Shown: positions 29,158 to 32,873 of the stretch, in pieces | How the letters are laid out: each line of letters begins with the position of its first letter | Position numbering within the stretch: position 1 is the first letter of the stretch | Sequence record: SRR22947727_3747 | Direction: 5' to 3' (one strand) | DNA length: 32,873 bases | Notes under the pieces: model-generated | Databases searched by the model: none | The model's input: the letters and a program-made list of their open reading frames with translations, nothing else | Told to the model about the DNA's origin: nothing | Made by a program: the position numbers and the translations under genes

Positions 29158-30179
29158 AGCTCTCCGCCCGCGACGCAGCGGCGGTTTTTGCGAAGCCCGA
29201 TCCCAACAAAACGGGGGTGTTGATCTATGGCGCCAATGCGATGCGTGTGGCGCTGAGGCGACAGCAATTGATCAAGGGGCTGATCGGCCCGCAGGGCGAA
29301 GAGGAAATGCGCCTCACGCGCCTGCAGGGCGGTGAGTTGCGACGCGACGGGGCCGCGCTGAATGATGCCATCAAAGCGGTTGGGTTTTTCCCCGGCCCGC
29401 GCGTGGTTCTCGTGGAAGACGCCAATGACAATTGCGCCGATGCAATCCTGGCGGGATTGGCCGATTGGCAGGCCGGTGATGCGCAGATGGTTGTCATTGG
29501 CGGCGCTCTAAAGCCGACATCAAAAATCCGCAAAGCTTTTGAAGCCCATCCCAATGCCTGGTCTATCGCCATTTTTGATGAACCGCCCACCCGCGCCGAA
29601 GTGGAGGCCGCTTTGGCAAAAGTCGGCATGGGCGCGGTCGACGCTGAGGCCAGCGCGGCCATTACAGATCTTTCCAAGGCCATAGATCCCGGTGATTTCA
29701 GTCAATTCTTGGAAAAATTGTCTTTATATTGCATGTCTCAAGCCGGACCAGTCACCCTAAGAGATGTTGAGATCTGCGCGCCGCAATCCACCGAAGCGGC
29801 GCTCGATGATGTCATTGGGTTGGTGGCCGATTTGAAAACAAATGAGATTGCCCCAGTGTTGCACCGCGTGATCGCTCAGGGCGGAACCGCCACCGGGCTT
29901 TGCATTGCCGCTTTGCGCCATTTTCGCCTTCTCCACGCCGCAGCCTCTGATCCAGCAGGCGCGCAGCAAGGTGTGGCAAAGCTTCGGCCGCCGGTTTACG
30001 GGCCACGTCGAGATCGGATCCAACGGCAGGTCGGCGCTTGGCGTCGAGACCGGCTGGAACAGGTGATTTCGCTTTTGCTAGACACTGATTTGCAGCTACG
30101 ATCTGCGGGGCAAACCGCGCCGCAAATGGCACAGGTTGAGAGATGTTTCATCCGAATTTCAATGATGGGGAAAAGATAA
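29154..30179 (+). CDS. holA: DNA polymerase III delta subunit
   Basis: LIYG, GFFPGPRVV, LEKLSLY, LRPPVYGPR; leuS-lptE-holA synteny. Confidence 0.93.
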   Translation: MKLSARDAAAVFAKPDPNKTGVLIYGANAMRVALRRQQLIKGLIGPQGEEEMRLTRLQGGELRRDGAALNDAIKAVGFFPGPRVVLVEDANDNCADAILAGLADWQAGDAQMVVIGGALKPTSKIRKAFEAHPNAWSIAIFDEPPTRAEVEAALAKVGMGAVDAEASAAITDLSKAIDPGDFSQFLEKLSLYCMSQAGPVTLRDVEICAPQSTEAALDDVIGLVADLKTNEIAPVLHRVIAQGGTATGLCIAALRHFRLLHAAASDPAGAQQGVAKLRPPVYGPRRDRIQRQVGAWRRDRLEQVISLLLDTDLQLRSAGQTAPQMAQVERCFIRISMMGKR

Positions 30180-30767
30180 ATGTATACGGTATTGGGTTCG
30201 ACCAAAAATCGAACTTTGCGAGTGATTTGGACGCTTGAGGAATTGGGCTTGCCCTATGATCAGGTCAAAGGCGACCCTGGCTCAGCAGAGGCCAAGGCGC
30301 ACAACCCCAGTGGTAAAGTGCCGGCCTTGGTGGTCGATGGAGAGGTTCTACCTGATAGCGTTGCGATCATGAGTTTTTTATCTGACCGTCACAATGCCCT
30401 AACCTTTCCAGCCGGATCTGTCGAACGGTTGCGCATGGATGGGCATATTCATTTCCTGCTCGAAGAATTCGACAGCCTACTCTGGGTTTCGGCGAAAAAC
30501 TCTTTTGTTAATCCGCCTGAGCACCGTGCCGCCGAAGTGAAGCCCGTGTTGAAATGGGAGTTTGAACGCAGTTTAAAGCGGCTTGAAGCCCGGCTTCAGG
30601 GCGCGTTCCTCATGGGCGAGCAGTTTACAATCGCCGACATTTTGGCAGTGCATTGCCTCAATTGGGCCTATACGGCGAAATTCCCAGACGCCAGCCCTGT
30701 TTTAAAGGACTATGCCAAACGCTGCCGAGCGCGTCCGGCCTATGTAAGGGCTTTAGCGGAAAGATAA
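30180..30767 (+). CDS. Glutathione S-transferase family protein
   Basis: RTLRVIWTLEELG, NPSGKVP, DSVAI, FTIADI. Confidence 0.92.
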   Translation: MYTVLGSTKNRTLRVIWTLEELGLPYDQVKGDPGSAEAKAHNPSGKVPALVVDGEVLPDSVAIMSFLSDRHNALTFPAGSVERLRMDGHIHFLLEEFDSLLWVSAKNSFVNPPEHRAAEVKPVLKWEFERSLKRLEARLQGAFLMGEQFTIADILAVHCLNWAYTAKFPDASPVLKDYAKRCRARPAYVRALAER

Positions 30768-31963
30768 TCAGCGGCCGCGCGGCCAGCCCAACGGCCGGTC
30801 GCGAGGCAGGCGGTGATCAAATAACCGCCCGTCGGTGCGTCCCAATCTAGCATCTCACCGGCGCAAAATACGCCCGGGAAATCCCGAAGCATCAACTCGG
30901 GTGTCAATGCGTCCCATGACAGCCCACCAGCTGTTGAGATGGCCTCATCTATAGGGCGCGGTCCCGAGACCTGCAGCGGCGCAGCTTTGATTGCAGCAAT
31001 AAGCCCATCGGTATCGCGGGGCATAGGGCGGGTCAGCTCAAACAGCAGGGCTCGTTTTGTGGCATCCAGTTTGACGGATTTTCGCAAGAAATTGCTCAGA
31101 CTGTCCTTGGGCTTGCGATTTGAAATCATGTCCCTCAAGGCGTGGATCGAAAGCTGTGGCGCCAAATCAATCCGGGCCAAAGGGGTCTGCCGCAGCATCC
31201 GCCCCAGCGCATAGATTGCCCCACCTTCCACACCGGATTGTGTGATCACAAATTCACCACGGCTTCGCTGATCTGCGACGGTAAGCTCGATATTCTTTAC
31301 GGGTTGGCCAAAAAACGGGCGCATATGATCCGACCAAGCGCGCTGCAGTCCCACATTTGACGCTTGAATAGGGACAATCGGCACGCCCGCCGCCGCGACT
31401 GGCGTTTGCCAAGCGCCATCAGACCCTAAACGCGCCCAACTCGCGCCACCGAGCGCGAGGATCAACGCCCCGGCCGTCACGGCGACCTGGCCCTTTGGCG
31501 TGGCCAGCAGATGCGGCGCATCTGTGGTCAATGGACCGATCCATCGGTGGCGGCGCAGCAATACAACACCCAGCGCATCGAGCCGCGCCAGCCACGCCCG
31601 CAGAAGGGGAGACGCTTTCATGCGCGTCGGAAAAACCCGGCCTGTGCTGCCTGTGAAGACCTCCTGCCCAAGGCCTTGCGCAAAGCCGATGACCTCAGCC
31701 GGCCCAAATTGCGCTAGAATGGGCTTCAAGGGGGCGATGGTGTCAAAATGCTGCAAGAACGTGTTGGGCTCTTCTGCCTTGGTTAGGTTGAGACCAGATT
31801 TTCCAGCCATGAGAAATTTTCGTGCAGGGGAGGGCATCGCCTCAGCTATTGCCACACGCATCCCAGCCCGCGCGGCTTGCTCTGCCGCCATCAGCCCGGC
31901 TGGGCCCGCGCCCACAACCAATAGGTCAAACACATTTTGAGACTGGGCTTGGGCGTGATCCAT
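30740..31963 (-). CDS. NAD(P)/FAD-dependent oxidoreductase (HI0933/BaiN-like flavoprotein)
   Basis: GAGPAG, RKFLMAGKSGLNLT, GRVFP, EAISTAGG, GEMLDWDAPTGGY. Confidence 0.92.
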   Translation of the reverse strand: MDHAQAQSQNVFDLLVVGAGPAGLMAAEQAARAGMRVAIAEAMPSPARKFLMAGKSGLNLTKAEEPNTFLQHFDTIAPLKPILAQFGPAEVIGFAQGLGQEVFTGSTGRVFPTRMKASPLLRAWLARLDALGVVLLRRHRWIGPLTTDAPHLLATPKGQVAVTAGALILALGGASWARLGSDGAWQTPVAAAGVPIVPIQASNVGLQRAWSDHMRPFFGQPVKNIELTVADQRSRGEFVITQSGVEGGAIYALGRMLRQTPLARIDLAPQLSIHALRDMISNRKPKDSLSNFLRKSVKLDATKRALLFELTRPMPRDTDGLIAAIKAAPLQVSGPRPIDEAISTAGGLSWDALTPELMLRDFPGVFCAGEMLDWDAPTGGYLITACLATGRWAGRAAADYLSAKALT

Positions 31964-32112
31964 ATTAGGTGGATCCTTGCGAAGGTGCCGGTGAGCTTAT
32001 CATTTTGTGTTCCGTGACCGCTGCTGCCCCGTCGATAGCGCCGGCCCTTCTGCCGCGCAACGAAGAATTGCGCAATGTCACATCAAACGCGCTGCAATGC
32101 GACAGGCGCAAC

Positions 32113-32142
32113 AAAAAAGAGCGACGCCGAAGCGCCGCTCTC
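32113..32142 (-). terminator. Intrinsic terminator of porin 2
   Basis: Minus strand AGAGCGGCGC-TTCG-GCGTCGCTCT followed by a T-run. Confidence 0.9.
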
Positions 32143-32165
32143 TCTTTAACCGAAGTTGGTTTCGC

Positions 32166-32873
32166 TTAGAATGCGAAGTTCAGACCAACAGTTGTCAGGT
32201 CGTCGGCTGTACCAGCTTTGTCGTGTATTGCTGCGAAAGCAGATGCGCCGCCACCGAGTGCGAAATCAGCAATGATTGTAGTCGCGTCTGTTTCGTCAAG
32301 AGCGAAAGATGCAACCAATGCGCCCGCTGTGTATTTAACAGAAGCGTCCCACTCGTCACCGAAAGTACCGGCAGAACCTGGCTTGATTGTTGTGTAACCA
32401 ACAGTCAAAGCGTCCATTGCGTATGAGAAACCAACTGATGAATCGTCTTCAGCGTCGTTTGACTCGTCGGACATAGCAGCGCTCACAGTCAAATCACCCA
32501 TTGCGTAAGATGCAGAGATGCCAGTAGCGCTACCGCCAGCGTCGTCGTTGTTTGTGCCAGTGAATGTGAGTGCTACGCCAGCAATGTTGCCGCCGACTTT
32601 GTAAGAGCTTGTAGAACCTTCTTGATCGGATGTCATTGCGACACTCCAACCAGCAATGGAGCCAGCGATTCTTACGTCTTGTGCGCCATCAGTGTCATCA
32701 AACAAGTTGTCGATGCCAGCTTGGTCTACAGTCAATGTCCAGCCGTTGTATGAAACTGCAACGTCTGCGTCACCGACGGTGTTGCCTTGTGCTTCAAGCA
32801 CATCGTCATCGTTATAGTCGATTTTGCTACCAGCGCCCATCACCAAGTTGGCAAATGCTGGCATCAACGTGCG
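32166..32873 (-). CDS. Porin 2 (Rhodobacter-type porin), 5' part outside the window
   Basis: Amphipathic beta-strands, repeated SYAM strands, FALGGGAS, C-terminal FAF; ORF open to the window edge. Confidence 0.88.
   Translation of the reverse strand, partial: RTLMPAFANLVMGAGSKIDYNDDDVLEAQGNTVGDADVAVSYNGWTLTVDQAGIDNLFDDTDGAQDVRIAGSIAGWSVAMTSDQEGSTSSYKVGGNIAGVALTFTGTNNDDAGGSATGISASYAMGDLTVSAAMSDESNDAEDDSSVGFSYAMDALTVGYTTIKPGSAGTFGDEWDASVKYTAGALVASFALDETDATTIIADFALGGGASAFAAIHDKAGTADDLTTVGLNFAF

Noticed and set aside
1-32873. CRISPR arrays, tRNA/rRNA genes, IS elements
   Set aside because: No regularly spaced repeats, cloverleaf signatures or transposase ORFs were seen.

Overview
Alphaproteobacterial chromosome segment, probably Rhodobacteraceae/Roseobacter group (inferred from gene order and protein style). 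From left to right it holds: an aldehyde dehydrogenase; rluA; a decaying yjbH(gfcD)-yjbF-galE surface-polysaccharide cluster; an FAD oxidoreductase; the ffh-chorismate mutase-rpsP-(48 aa sORF)-rimM-trmD-rplS-rpmE block; mipZ; a PfkB kinase; pobA-kynU; an AT-rich operator region with a GntR regulator; yghU; acyl-CoA catabolic genes; and a truncated-globin-like gene. The most striking feature is the right third. A solitary tyrosine recombinase abuts a porin gene whose 5' end is disabled (start codon out of frame, no RBS). About 6.2 kb further on, a second, divergent porin gene lies in inverted orientation, with leuS-lptE-holA-GST-flavoprotein between the two. This is the architecture expected of a DNA-inversion switch that exchanges which major porin is fused to a single promoter/start (porin phase variation). 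The 5' end of the second porin is outside the window, so the predicted inverted repeat cannot be confirmed here. The recombinase carries an Arg->Cys change in its catalytic HxxR motif, so the switch may be locked in this genome.
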